DNA of 62,453 nucleotides, the filler included, from Dimargaris cristalligena (lineage: Eukaryota), in assembly GCA_003614675.1 (NCBI GenBank). It is 11 parts of 11 records of this genome, joined end to end, with 100 filler letters (N's around TTAATTAATTAA, not from the genome) between each part and the next. Parts side by side here need not be neighbours in the genome. Positions count along the whole stretch, not along the records: positions 1 to 5,624 come from ML003601.1; positions 5,725 to 11,331 come from ML003603.1; positions 11,432 to 17,037 come from ML003604.1; 8 more parts are not named here. One strand, given 5' to 3'. The notes under the pieces are model-generated. The model saw only the letters and a list, made by a program, of their open reading frames with translations, did not search any database and was not told the DNA's origin. Of the stretch, positions 1 through 11,486 are shown one piece after another. Both the position numbers and the translations under genes were made by a program. Position 1 is the first letter of the stretch. Each line of letters starts with the position of its first letter.

Positions 1-112
1 CCCACTTACTGCCACCTCTTGGAACAGCAAGTCTATCATCACCTTTCCCTTTTTACCACCTATCTTTTCAAATAAAGTTCAGTTTTCAAGGATTTGAGTT
101 CAGTTCTTTATA
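1..112 (-). repeat. Repeat family B fragment (LTR-like start), abutting a truncated family A LTR
   Basis: Reverse complement matches 33941-34050 (AAGAACTGAA...CTGAACTTTATTT...GGGAAAGGTGATGATA...GTTCCAAGAGGTGGCAGTAAG). Cut by the window start. Confidence 0.75.
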
Positions 113-494
113 TAGGGTTTATTAAGGGTAAACCAGGGGGTAAGAATAAGCTAAGGAATCTAACCAGTCCCAATGGGGCCTAGCTATACATATGTGGGGA
201 CAACTCCAGAGGGAGGTCCCAAGGGAAGAATACTACTAAGGCTATAATATAAGTATATGGGCCAACTGGACTGTTACAGGTATTTAGAAGTCTCTGATGA
301 TAACTGGAAGAATCTTCAGATTAGTACTTGAGTAATTAATGCAAATAGATGGAGTCCAGAAGGAGAAGGGTTATATCATATAGGGTAATCCCATAGTACC
401 AGGGGTAACCATGGGATGGTTAATATAGTACTATAAGGCCTAATAGGGATAGATACTAAGGCATCCAGATTAAGGAGTATTAGATGGTCTGATA
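113..494 (-). mobile_element. Family A LTR copy, 3'-truncated, CpG-depleted
   Basis: Reverse complement aligns with 575-960. Begins TATCAGACCATCTAAT, a decayed TGTCA start. Confidence 0.75.
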
Positions 495-574
495 CAGAGG
501 TTGTTAATGATGAATAACCATCACTGATAACTACATGAACAACCTGGAAATATTACAAGAACTCATCATATCTG

Positions 575-1156
575 TGTCAGCCCTTCTAATCTGATTTAAT
601 CTAGATATAATGATCATCCACCCTTATTAGGCCTTATAGTGCCATATTAATCTTCCCATGGTCATCCCCAGTACTATGGGATCATCCTATATTATATAAC
701 CATTCCCCTTCTAGACTCCATATTTTGCACTAATCACTCTTGTGCTAATCTAATGACTCTTCTGGTTCCCAATAGAGTCTTCCAAGTCCTCATGGCTGTC
801 CAGTCGGCTTATTTATTATACCATTAGGCTTAGTAGTACCTTCCTCTGGGACCTCCCTTTGGAAGTATCCCCTGAATATATATAACCAGCCCCCATTGGG
901 ACCAGTTCAATTCTTTAGCTTATTCTGACCCTTAGTTTATCCCAATAAACATTATATATACTCACTCCCATTATACTGACTAGTAAGTGTGCCTACTGCA
1001 CAACCCTTGTATATACCTGCATTTAGTACCCTCTATTAGTAGTACTGTTCCCTTACCTAGTGCTAGGACCCACTTGGCTAAGCCTAAGCCCTGTCCACTG
1101 TTAGAAGCCTATCCTCAGGACTCTTGATGGACTAAGAGTGGTTAACTTGGGTGACA
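575..1156 (+). mobile_element. Family A solo LTR, ~582 bp
   Basis: TGTCAGCCC...GGGTGACA termini (TG..CA, short inverted ends). Internal TATATAA and AATAAA. Colinear with 35455-36036. No clear TSD at this copy. Confidence 0.75.
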
Positions 1157-1813
1157 CTAGCTCTGTACCTTATATTAACCCACCTTGACCTTCCCACAAC
1201 TAAAAACCAAGGCTTCCAAAGTCCCTCCTACTAGCCCATACCTCCCTGCCCAGACCCAGGCTCCTTGTCCCAGCTTTAATCTTTGACGGAAAGGGGAAAT
1301 ACCTCACTCTTGAGGAGACATTGTCTGGTGCAACAATCAGCTGGCCAGTGTCCATGATTATATGAGAAGATCCATCCCAACTCCTCCGTCCGAGAACACT
1401 GGATAAAGTGGGATTCCCGAGTTGCTCAAGGCCAGCTGGCTCTAGCAAAACCACATTCTCGTTTAGTGGGGCAGCCCATCAGACTACCCGAAGTGTAGCC
1501 TATCCAGCCATGGTAAACTTGGCTTATTTAATTTCCTTCACCTCTACAGCCACTGTCTTTATATTTCGCTATAAATACCCTGCACATTGCTCCTACCTAA
1601 TAGCTTATCACCAACACCCCTCCCCGCTCCCTCTCTTCCCTACCGACCTCACTTGTGGCCCTACCTCGCACCCCTTTCGACCGGTTTTTAAATTGTTACA
1701 CTTCGTGAAGCCAATTCGGTTAGGTCCCCATTGTTGCCATACACTTATTGTTGTATACTCCGTGCCCCCTACTTCAACCACCCTTCCGCCCACCTCCCCC
1801 TATATTCATCAAT

Positions 1814-2116
1814 ATGCGTTTTAACGTTGCTGTCACCATCGGCACTTTGGCTACCGTTGCCGTCCTGGCCGCCACTCTCGTCTCTTCCCAGCCGTTGGCC
1901 GATACTCAATCCGCCAACAACCTTACTAATCTGCAGCGTCGCAGTCTTGCAGATCCTTTCGAACTCGGTCCCCACTTCGAATGGCAAATTTCCAATTCTC
2001 CAGAGAAGATGCAGAAGCTCCGTGATGAAATTGCAACACTTAAGGCCGAGATTGCAGAACTCGAGGCAAAGATTAAAGCCAGAAATGATGCCCAAACTAA
2101 TGGTACCCCGTCCTAA
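1814..2116 (+). CDS. Small secreted protein, 100 aa: signal peptide, pro-peptide ending LQRR, C-terminal coiled coil
   Basis: MRFNVAVTIGTLATVAVLAATLVSS signal-like N-terminus. Heptads LRDEIATLKAEIAELEAKI. TATAAATA at 1570-1577. Confidence 0.8.
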   Translation: MRFNVAVTIGTLATVAVLAATLVSSQPLADTQSANNLTNLQRRSLADPFELGPHFEWQISNSPEKMQKLRDEIATLKAEIAELEAKIKARNDAQTNGTPS

Positions 2117-2642
2117 CTTGAGCTGTTACGAAGCCTTAGCTGTTCTATCAGCCTATTAATAACCACCCCCCATCGAATGTGGGGGCTTTGAAATGGGGCT
2201 ACGGGTGAGCCTTGGGCGGTTCCATTTCACCGGCCAGTTACTTTAGGTTACGTCCCCGGCCCACCAGAGATCTTGTGTGCTATGTCTGTGAATTATATGT
2301 TTTACCTTTTGTACTTTGTAACCGTGGCAGAGCCTCTGGTAATTATAATTTATGTGATGACAGCTATAGTACACTCAACGACTAACTGAGAGGTTTACTA
2401 AATGGTTCATTTCTTTTCTCCGGCACAGATCCACATTATACATTACATATACATCGACACTATTTATCAAATATATAATAATCTGCTACTTTGTCGGATG
2501 GATATATAATTTATCGAAATAAAATGAACAATACGCTCGCAAATTCAGGTATTTTTGTATATAACTGCGTGATATTTATTCTCGGGTTAAAACCACTTTC
2601 GAAATTTCACGCAGTTGGGTCATACTCCGCCAGTTTAATATA

Positions 2643-2773
2643 TGAGAGGTTTATTCAGGCAGTCTATCACAGTGTCTGTTGGATGAGGCAAAAAATACTG
2701 GTTAAAATTGAATCACCCACCTTTTTTTCCCATACCATTTAAACCCTTATACAGCCGAGCCGAATTTCACCCA
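2643..2773 (+). mobile_element. MITE copy (diverged), just upstream of the AFG2B gene
   Basis: ATAT-GAGAGG...TTTCACCC-ATAT. Homologous to 5728-5865. Confidence 0.7.
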
Positions 2774-2890
2774 TATAGAAAATAGAATAGACACATTTGC
2801 CCCATTATATTTCATGTCAGAAATTTAACCACCTGGGGTACTTACATTCAACTTCTATTTCCCGAGATTCAATATAAGACGAAGGCAGTG

Positions 2891-5100
2891 ATGGGCTTGC
2901 GAGCAACCTTGAGCATCCAAGACGTGGGATCACCCGCTGCCCAATTCGAGCGTTGGGGGATCGTGTACCGAACGGCCACGATCCCGGTTCAAGCACACAT
3001 CGTCAGGCAGGAACTCCGCCAGCATCGTCTTACTTTGGGTCGATTGACTCAAGTTGGGCTTACAGCGGGCTTGAAAATACTTGTAAGTACAGCCATTCTC
3101 AACCCTTCGAAAAAAGACCCCTTTCCCTAAGCGGGCAATACTACTGGAAAGCAACTCCGGAAACCCCTCCAAAAATTAATAGTGATAACGGCGCCCAAGT
3201 ATATATAATACTACCATACGACATGCATCTAACTACTTGCAATTAATGGTGGTTACTGTTTGATCTGGGTCTACATTAGCCAACTGCCGTCGAGCCTGCT
3301 GCCACATCGCATTTTAGCATCGGTCCTGGAACCCAACTCACCTTGGTCCTTACTGGTAATATTGAAAACAGCCCGCCGGATACATCCTCGAACGGCACCA
3401 ACCGCCCAGCCGGCCTTGGTGGCACCTCCCCCGATCTATTGTCCTCCGAACTACTACCAGGCTTAGAGCAGGCCCACCGGGATCTGCGTACCATTTTAAC
3501 ATTGCCGCTGCAATACCCTCAACATTTCGCCACTCTAAACGTCGAATGCCCCAAGGGGGTTTTATTACATGGGCCCCCTGGGGTAGGCAAAACCTGGCTT
3601 GTTAGTACGGTGGCTCGGGAGTGCCAGGCCCTCCTTCATAATATCAGTGGTCCGGAGATATTTGGGGCCTACCTAGGGGAAAGTGAAGCCAACCTGCGGG
3701 CCGTGTTCGCGGCTGCCGAGGCGCAGGCCCAATCCATGGACCGCCCCACCCTTTTATTTATAGACGAAATTGATGCATTAACCCCCCACCGAAATGACTC
3801 GGGCCAGCACGAGTCCCGCGTGATTGCCCAACTATTGACCCTGATGGATGGTTTGGTGACGCGCGGTCGGTTGGTGGTGATTGCCGCCACGAATAGGCCA
3901 AATGCCATCGATACCGCCCTCCGGCGACCCGGTAGGTTTGATCGAGAGGTGTCCATCGACGTACCCACGGAAACGGCCCGTGCAGCCATCCTTCGTTACC
4001 ACACACGGAAGCTGCCTCTCGCCCCCGATTTGGACCTGGATTATTTGGCGGCCATGACCACGGGCTATGTCGGGGCCGATTTAGCGGCCCTCTGCCGGGA
4101 GGCGGCCCGATCGGTCATTTACCGCCAATTCGAAGCCACCCGATCCACCCAACCCGAAGCAGACCTCCCCGATTCCGGGGCGCCCCTCCCGTTAACGCTA
4201 ACTGATTTTCAGAAAGCCTTAAAATCAGTGGGGCCTTCCCTGCAGCGGGGTCTCAATGTGGAAGTTCCTCCACTAACCTGGGCGGATATTGGGGGATTAG
4301 ACCAGGTGAAACGACAACTCCAACAGGCCGTGGAGTGGCCCCTGCTTTACCCGGATACTTTCCGCCGTCTGGGGTTGAGCACGCCGGCCGGCATTTTGCT
4401 CTACGGTCCTCCGGGTTGCAGCAAAACTACCCTGGTCAAAGTCATCGCGTCCCAGACCCGATCGAGTTTTTTCGCCATCAACGGGGCGGCGCTTTACTCC
4501 TCCTATGTCGGGGATTCCGAGCGCATCCTGCGGGACCTTTTCCGTCGGGCCCGGGCTAGTTCGCCGGCGGTTATTTTCTTGGACGAAATTGATACCATCG
4601 TCGGCAAACGTCATATGGAGGCTGGTGGCAGTGGAGGAGGAGGAGGGGCAGATAATGTTCAAGAGCGGATCTTAACGATGCTACTCACCGAAATGGACGG
4701 TGTGGAATCAAACCACGCTTCGGTCCTACTGGTAGGGGCCACCAATCGGCCCGATATGTTAGACGCCGCCCTTTTACGCCCGGGTCGGTTCGATAGGCTC
4801 ATTTATGTCCCACCCCCGGATCCACCCGCTCGCCGTCAGATTCTGGATATTGCCACGCGGAATACACCACTCCACAGTGGACTTGACCTCGGCACTATCG
4901 TCGAGCGTACCGAAGGATTTAGTGGGGCTGATTTAATGAATTTATGCCGCGAAGCCGCCCTTATAAGCCTCAGGCACCGGCACGAGCCGCTGCCAGTGGA
5001 AATGGTTCATTTTGAGGAAGCGCTAAGTCAAGTGCATCCTTCCATTCCTCCGTCGTCACTAAGGCAATATGCTGTTTTCCAGCAATCCCGTGTTCAGTAG
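2891..5100 (+). CDS. AFG2B: Double-AAA ATPase, AFG2B/SPATA5L1-like. Exons 2891-3082 and 3280-5100; the 5' exon is tentative
   Basis: Two Walker A/B sets (GPPGVGKT/FIDEID and GPPGCSKT/FLDEID) and SRH motifs (ALRRPGRFDR, ALLRPGRFDR). The D2 stretch YVGDSERILRDLFRRARASSPAVIFLDEID...VQERILTMLLTEMDGV fits SPATA5L1 better than SPATA5 or Cdc48. Phase-0 GTAAGT...TAG intron. Confidence 0.85.
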
Positions 5101-5383
5101 CAATCTTGCAATTCTTACGTGGAACAGTACTATACCCTATATTTTGTGAATTTCCTATTTCCAACACTGTTCACAACATGCATGGGATAAACCTGCCATA
5201 CTATGCTACCAATTAAAGGTATATTGCCAAGCTGAAGTGGTCTAGAGATATAGTTTACTAGAATGGTGGAAAATGACGACTGGCCAAATTTTTTTAGATT
5301 AGACATACATTGGAGATGATAACTTTAGCTGAAATTTAAAAATCGAACGGTCCTTAACATCGGATAATTACGAATACTCCCAG

Positions 5384-5624
5384 TTAGAGGAATAATGGGA
5401 AGAAGGGCACAGACCGGGGTAGATTACGCCGTAAAATAGCATATATAATATCACGCATAGCGAGGGCATCTTCCAATGATATAGCCTCAAGCGATCCCCC
5501 CGCACAGTTCGGCCCGGGGTGTCCCACCGTTGGCCAGGTAACCAATGGTTGTGAGATCAAAGGAGAGGAGGACTGAGGGTCCGTCGAATCGTCGAGCATC
5601 ATGTCTGGGGGAGGAGGTAAAGTC
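5384..5624 (-). CDS. 3' end of an unidentified gene cut by the contig end (...DALAMRDIIYAILRRNLPRSVPFFPLFL)
   Basis: Frame is open from the contig edge to TAA. Coding-like GC and CpG content. Convergent with AFG2B. Confidence 0.5.
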
Positions 5625-5724
5625 NNNNNNNNNNNNNNNNNNNNNNNNNNNNNNNNNNNNNNNNNNNNTTAATTAATTAANNNNNNNNNNNNNNNNNNNN
5701 NNNNNNNNNNNNNNNNNNNNNNNN
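5625..5724. other. Artificial contig linker
   Basis: 44 N + TTAATTAATTAA (stops in all six frames) + 44 N. Confidence 0.98.
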
Positions 5725-5727
5725 ATA

Positions 5728-5865
5728 TGGGAGTAGTTCAGCAAGGCTGTATAACGAAAAATCCATTTGATGAGGCAAATACTACTGGTTGAAAATAAAC
5801 ATCCCACCGATTTTCCCATACACATATCAGTTAAACTCTTATACAACTAGGCTGAACTTCACCCA
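5728..5865 (+). mobile_element. MITE, full length (138 bp with TA TSD, or 136 bp with ATAT TSD)
   Basis: ~30 bp imperfect TIRs (TGGGAGTAGTTCAGCAAGGCTGTATAA / TTATACAACTAGGCTGAACTTCACCCA). ATAT at both ends. Near-identical to 24701-24838. Confidence 0.9.
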
Positions 5866-7674
5866 TATGGATTATGGACAGTATCACAGACCGTCGGTGT
5901 AAGTGTCGTCTTGAATTATAAGGTGTTGTTTTTTTCGTGAGGGTTCGCATGGGTAGGGTCACTAGCAAATTATGGTTCCCTTTACAATGAGGGAGAGTAA
6001 GGCAAATCCGCATTCGCCATTTTCCCCAATTGAAAACTCAAAGGGGTTGGGCACTATTAGTGTTGTCTAGGCTTAAAAGTGGGGCTGTTAACAGGCGTTT
6101 CAGGCCGACTCTTGTGGCAGCCATGCTGGGTTATTATTGGCGACAAAAGTTGACGTGAATTAATATTAATGGTGGTCGGTCCAGACCGTGCCCATTTCAT
6201 TACTGTGTAACGATTATACTTTGAGTAGCGAAATAGAAATGCCAGGCAATACCTGTCGCTAAAAAAGAACAGTTGAATCCAATTTTAAGATCTATTATAC
6301 CTTGGCTTCTACAGCCAGCTCCACACTCTGTACTCAAAAGACCTAGAGTACGGGCTCCTATAAACTAACGCCGTCTAGAAGCGTGTCCAGCAATACCGGT
6401 CGCCTTTGGTTGCAGCCTCGGGTTGAAAGGGGCACGCGATGCGAAATGGTTAGCCCGTTCTTTCAGACAGGGCTCTTTCGGTGTTATGAGCGTGCATTAG
6501 AAGTCGGTGGGGGCAACCGATGAAAAGACACCCATGCATTACAATCATGGGGTTGCACTCACTCATTGAAGTGTACTAACTGATGACCTGTTTCGACTTT
6601 GTGCCTTTTTTGTGGTGGTGTACGCTAGTTTACTTTATTCGTTCCTTTTATCCGCCTCCCCATCGTGGGAAGCGAGAGAGAATTAGTACTACGTGGAATA
6701 CAGTGACCAGCCGACCCAGTCATTGGCGATTTCAGAGGTGAATGCCGTCGAAGAGAATAGTGGCGGCCATTGCCCGAATTCTGGAAGTGTAGGGGTAGGT
6801 CGTGTGTGGGCCTTTAGGGTAAAATGAATACAAGCCGCAAGATTGATTAGCCCTAACATGAGCAAAGTAATTCGGATAGCGACAATATCCTCATTTCCGC
6901 ACTTGGTCCAGGCCGTCTAAGGATTTTGTCATACTCGCCCACTAAAAATTGCTAGTTGATATTTTCCTTTGGGAATAGGCCTTATAGAAAAAAATTACCA
7001 AAAAAGGCTAGCACCGGTTGCCTGTCGCTATCATTAAGTAGTTTTATATAATTACAACACATCAAAGGGAAGGGGCACAACCAAGGCATACATTCCCGCA
7101 TGGGACCAAGTGAATCAAGTGTACCTTAGTATACGCACTAATTCTATAAAATATGCTTACCCCTGTGGAGGGGCCTTTCCCATACCTCCAGTGTGCTCCC
7201 CTCTCACCAATCCCGTTGCTGGACTAACTACAGGCCAAGCCCCTTTCGTCAAATCCGTTTCATTTCTCGCCCTGCATTGTTATACACCAGAATTTCTGGT
7301 ATTTCACTCGCAGAACATGGGTTACGCAATGGCTACTTGCTATCCTTTCCCCCATTGCATTTGGAGATATTTTTCACACCTTTAAAGGCTGACCCAAGGA
7401 TAACATTGCTGAAGCGCGGTTGAAAAAAAAAACACTATTCGGCTGTAGGTGTTTATAAATGAAAGTGGCGGTACCTTCCTCATCCATTTTTTTGTATTGG
7501 TAGTTTAGTCTTGTCTGTTTACCTTGCAACATTTATCGTATATCATCTGCCGTCGGTATTGGGGGCAACATCCCTGTCCTATTTAACTATAGAGCTGTAT
7601 TCATTTCTATCTGCAGTGATACAGCGTCATCATTTTATATACTTTTACATTTTTAGGTTAGTTATACTTTTGTC

Positions 7675-9810
7675 ATGAAGGTTACTATGCCTCCCCTGAA
7701 GGCATTGGGCCTCTTAGTTCCGCTTATGTTGGCCACTTGCAGCCAAGGGCAACCTGCCAACTTTGACGGAGTCCAAAAATTTCTGCCCCTGGGAAAACCG
7801 AAGAACAGGGCCGAGTTGACAACAGAGGACCTGCCTCCTCAATCACCAAGCAAAAAGAATCGGTGGACCCAAGCGCTCAAACAACATCGAGTGGTGACAT
7901 GGCTCACCAAAAAGGGCCGGAAGTCAATGTCGCCGGCCAAACCACTGGAAATGCAGGTCTTGGGGTCACCCCCGTCGGGTGAAGGTTCGGAACAAGGGTC
8001 ACAGGGTTCCAAACAAGGCACCGATTGGAATACATTGCCGCCTGAATTGCAGAATATAATCATGCTCAATTTGGATTTTGTGGGTATGGCAGTCAGCGCC
8101 CATAAAATGCGAGTCGTTAATACTTATTATCGGCATTCATTGGATAGCTTGGAAGAGAAGGTAAGTAGTACATATTTACTGTTGCTATTGATCAATTTAT
8201 TCCCAGGTGCTTATGTTTTAAGTCTAGACATTGCATTTCTATGCATATATATATATATATGTATATATATATTGACCGAGTCGAGTAGGTCCTTAAGGAT
8301 GCAGGTGCGCCGTTCTAACCCTTTATATTATCTATATGGCTTTCAATTACCATTTCTGACGGAACATTTTGATGTTGTATTGGGGTCTTTCTATCTCTTT
8401 TGGTGCCGAAACTCGGTGTACTAATAACTAAATCAGACCACGACCACGATTAAGGAATTGAGCGAATGGTCAGGTTCGACCACGGGGCCTTCGGAAAAAG
8501 TACTCACCGATTATTGCCAAATATTCCACATGTCGCTGTATTCTATACTGGCTCACATTATCCGGGAAAAACTAGGGGACTACTTTACCCTATTCGATAA
8601 AACCTCAGTCGGTGACCCGTCGTGGGTAGTTTACGATCAGCTGAGCGGACCTCAACGCCTTCTGGCTTTCCCCCTAGTTAATGAACTACATGCGGAGACG
8701 GTGGAGACAGCGAATGCAGCGGAGACGTGGGGTCGCACAATAGCCAATTCATTGCACGGCGACCGCCCGGGCAAGTTTGGGGAGTGGGCCGTGGATATGG
8801 GGAGTGCGATACAATCTAGAATGGTTTCCACTGCTTACCTCGGCCTTCCCGATACCGTACTAAACCGAATTGGCTACTCAGCAATAATTAGCGCAATGTA
8901 TCTATCCATTAGCCGGGCATTCCGAGCCAAGGCCTATGATACTATTTCTGCTGCGCTAAGGGCGTTCGAAACAACTAGTCGGGTGCTGGCCAAAGTTAAT
9001 CCCGAAGTCCGGGGCCCCGCTATAAGCTGGGATTACATTAACTATAAACTGCATATGTTCCTGGCGTATTTGGCAGCCCAAACCAGTCGTTGGGACAAAC
9101 TCGAGGGCTATCTACTACGCCTAAAGCAAATAGACGTACCAGTACTCTACGAGCTAGAACCTTTCGAGTCTTTTCTGCTATCTTGTTTTTACGCCGAGGG
9201 CTGGATCAAAGCTGCTGCGACGCTGGAGAGATTATGGCTGATGGAATTCCCGGTGATAATTGAGGTCGATTACTACCGCAGTCGATTATATCCTACACAG
9301 TACCTCGACTTTACCGACCCGGGGTCTACCAGAGTACTGATTGACGCCTCCATGTGGTCTACGGCCATCCTGGGACGTTTGTTCACAGTTGAACGTCCGG
9401 CCGAATTACCCCAAGAAGATGCCTTCTTTGAGCAGTTTACCTCCGTCCATCCAGTTGCAGAGGCCCGTAACCTTCGGAACGAGGATCGTTCGACGCCCAA
9501 CTCGATCTCAGCCGAGATCGATGACCATGGTGCTGCGATACAAACGCCCAGGCAAGAGTCCCCAATTCTAAATCAACCCATCTCGGGAGAATTTAACCAC
9601 TCGCCCAGTCGGATGGATAATGCCTACAGTGAAGATTTTAATGACGTATCTACGGGTTCGGAATATGATGGGATTGGATCAGACCGTGATTCACAGACCG
9701 ATGAGTTCGGGTTCGGATGGGACAGGGCCGGTGACTCCCTTGGCGTTTTCGATGGCGTACCCACCATCCCCGCCAATTCCTCTGTAGGGTTAAGCGATGG
9801 CGCCGCTTAA
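7675..9810 (+). CDS. Secreted protein with F-box-like motif, ~619 aa. Exons 7675-8160 and 8437-9810
   Basis: Signal peptide MKVTMPPLKALGLLVPLMLATCSQG. Motif WNTLPPELQNIIMLNLD...MRVVNTYYRHSL. Phase-0 intron GTAAGT...CTAAT..CAG joins the two long ORFs. Acidic C-terminal tail. Confidence 0.8.
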
Positions 9811-11206
9811 CGCAGCCCCGTCACTTCAACTCTTAATGTACTTTGGTTAATACATTCCTCCTCAAAGACAGTACCCCCCCTCTGGCTTTGAATGAATCGG
9901 CCGTTGAATTCTAGCGGATTCCGCCTAGTTATTTACATTGAAGGCGAGTAATATATATGATAATACGGGCCCATCCACTGTAGTATTTATACTAATGGCT
10001 TGTCGGTGGGCAGTATAAACCAAAGCAGGCTTTGCATTATCCGAATCTCTTTTATTATTTTTTTACTCTGTAAATGACATAGTCAGGCTTAATAAATAGC
10101 CCTGCCAGCGTCTAGTCAATGGGCAACACTTCATTTACTACGAGAGGAACTTTATTGGATTATATATTGCATATCAGGTTGAAGTGTAATCCTCTGTATA
10201 AGTAGAATATGGGGCATGTCGTACGCTATTGCGGAATTTTGGTGATATTATTCTGTTATAACGTATAAGTTTTTGAAGATTATGTCGACTCCCGCTAGGC
10301 CCATTAGCATTACCATTAAAATTGGCCATTTTAAAGGTTAGACAATAGTACACATAAATTGTTCTTTCGTTCTACCCCACGCATGTAGATTTAAGTGCCA
10401 ATTGCAAAATGAAGAAGCGCTCCATTCCATAAATCATCTTCAGAAGTTACCCCAGGGGATTCATAATTTACGGACTAAATCAAGAAACGGTTACAGCTAA
10501 ATGGTCGAGTCTCGACCCCCTACTTTAATGATTAATTAAACAGGTAGCTGGCTTGTTGAAATGGGGGCAATACTGGTTAAAAATAAATCACAAACCTGAA
10601 TTGAAGTAATATAACGTCTAAAATATCGTACCTGCTGACCGTTCATCGGGGATTAGGGACTGGGGATTCGGGGGTTAGATTATTTTAAGAATGGCAGTAT
10701 AGAAAAATAAGCGATAGTGTGACAAGTGAAAGGGGATTTTTGAATATCGTTGAGTCACAATAGCCGCCTATTTTTCCGGGAGGCTGATCACGCTAAGTGA
10801 GTTTAGTTAATTAGCAATGCAGTTAAATGATATAGTTTTCAACACTGGTCTATGTACCACATATAATAATAGAGGGTTGAAAACTGCCCATCTTCAGCTC
10901 AACTAATAAGGAAGTATCAATTAGAGAGGGCTACTATTTTTAGCGTCCAATAAGGGGTAGGTCATATGGAGTACTGAGTAGGCCGCACGATTTAGGGAGC
11001 CCACAGTAAAATTTCTAGTAATAAGGGTGTGTTCGATTGTAACGGAAGTACTGTGGGGTAGTATTGTATGTCGATGGCGAGGCTTCACTTGGTAATCTCG
11101 AATGGGTACGAATAAATCACAGGCATGATCAACTATCTTTAGTGCTGACATAAATAAATCCATAAATAATTACTAGGCCAAGGTGTTGGTCATTTTAACC
11201 TATATA

Positions 11207-11331
11207 TGGATGAAATTCAAATCAGCTGTATAAGGTTTAACATAATACGTGCATGGGCGAATATATGTGAGAATAGCTTTTAACCAGTAATATTGGCCTC
11301 ATCCAATGGATTTTTCATTATACAGCCTGAA
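11207..11331 (-). mobile_element. MITE copy cut by the contig end
   Basis: ATAT-GGATGAAATTCAAATCAGCTGTATAAGG... Near-identical to 40113-40250. Confidence 0.85.
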
Positions 11332-11431
11332 NNNNNNNNNNNNNNNNNNNNNNNNNNNNNNNNNNNNNNNNNNNNTTAATTAATTAANNNNNNNNNNNNN
11401 NNNNNNNNNNNNNNNNNNNNNNNNNNNNNNN
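11332..11431. other. Artificial contig linker
   Basis: 44 N + TTAATTAATTAA + 44 N. Confidence 0.98.
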
Positions 11432-11486
11432 ACCCAAGTGCTTCTCTAATCCATACAGAGCACTGAACTTATCGTTGGGCGCAAGT
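11432..11486 (+). repeat. 55-bp exact direct repeat of 14480-14534
   Basis: ACCCAAGTGCTTCTCTAATCC...TTGGGCGCAAGT occurs at the contig start and again 3048 bp inside it. Confidence 0.95.

Noticed and set aside
113-1156. DIRS or foldback element with inverted terminal repeats
   Set aside because: No internal ORFs. The arms occur singly elsewhere, and one copy has TG..CA-type ends with its own 5-bp TSD, which fits solo LTRs better.
6580-6610. CTGATGA hammerhead ribozyme core
   Set aside because: No stem II followed by GAAA.
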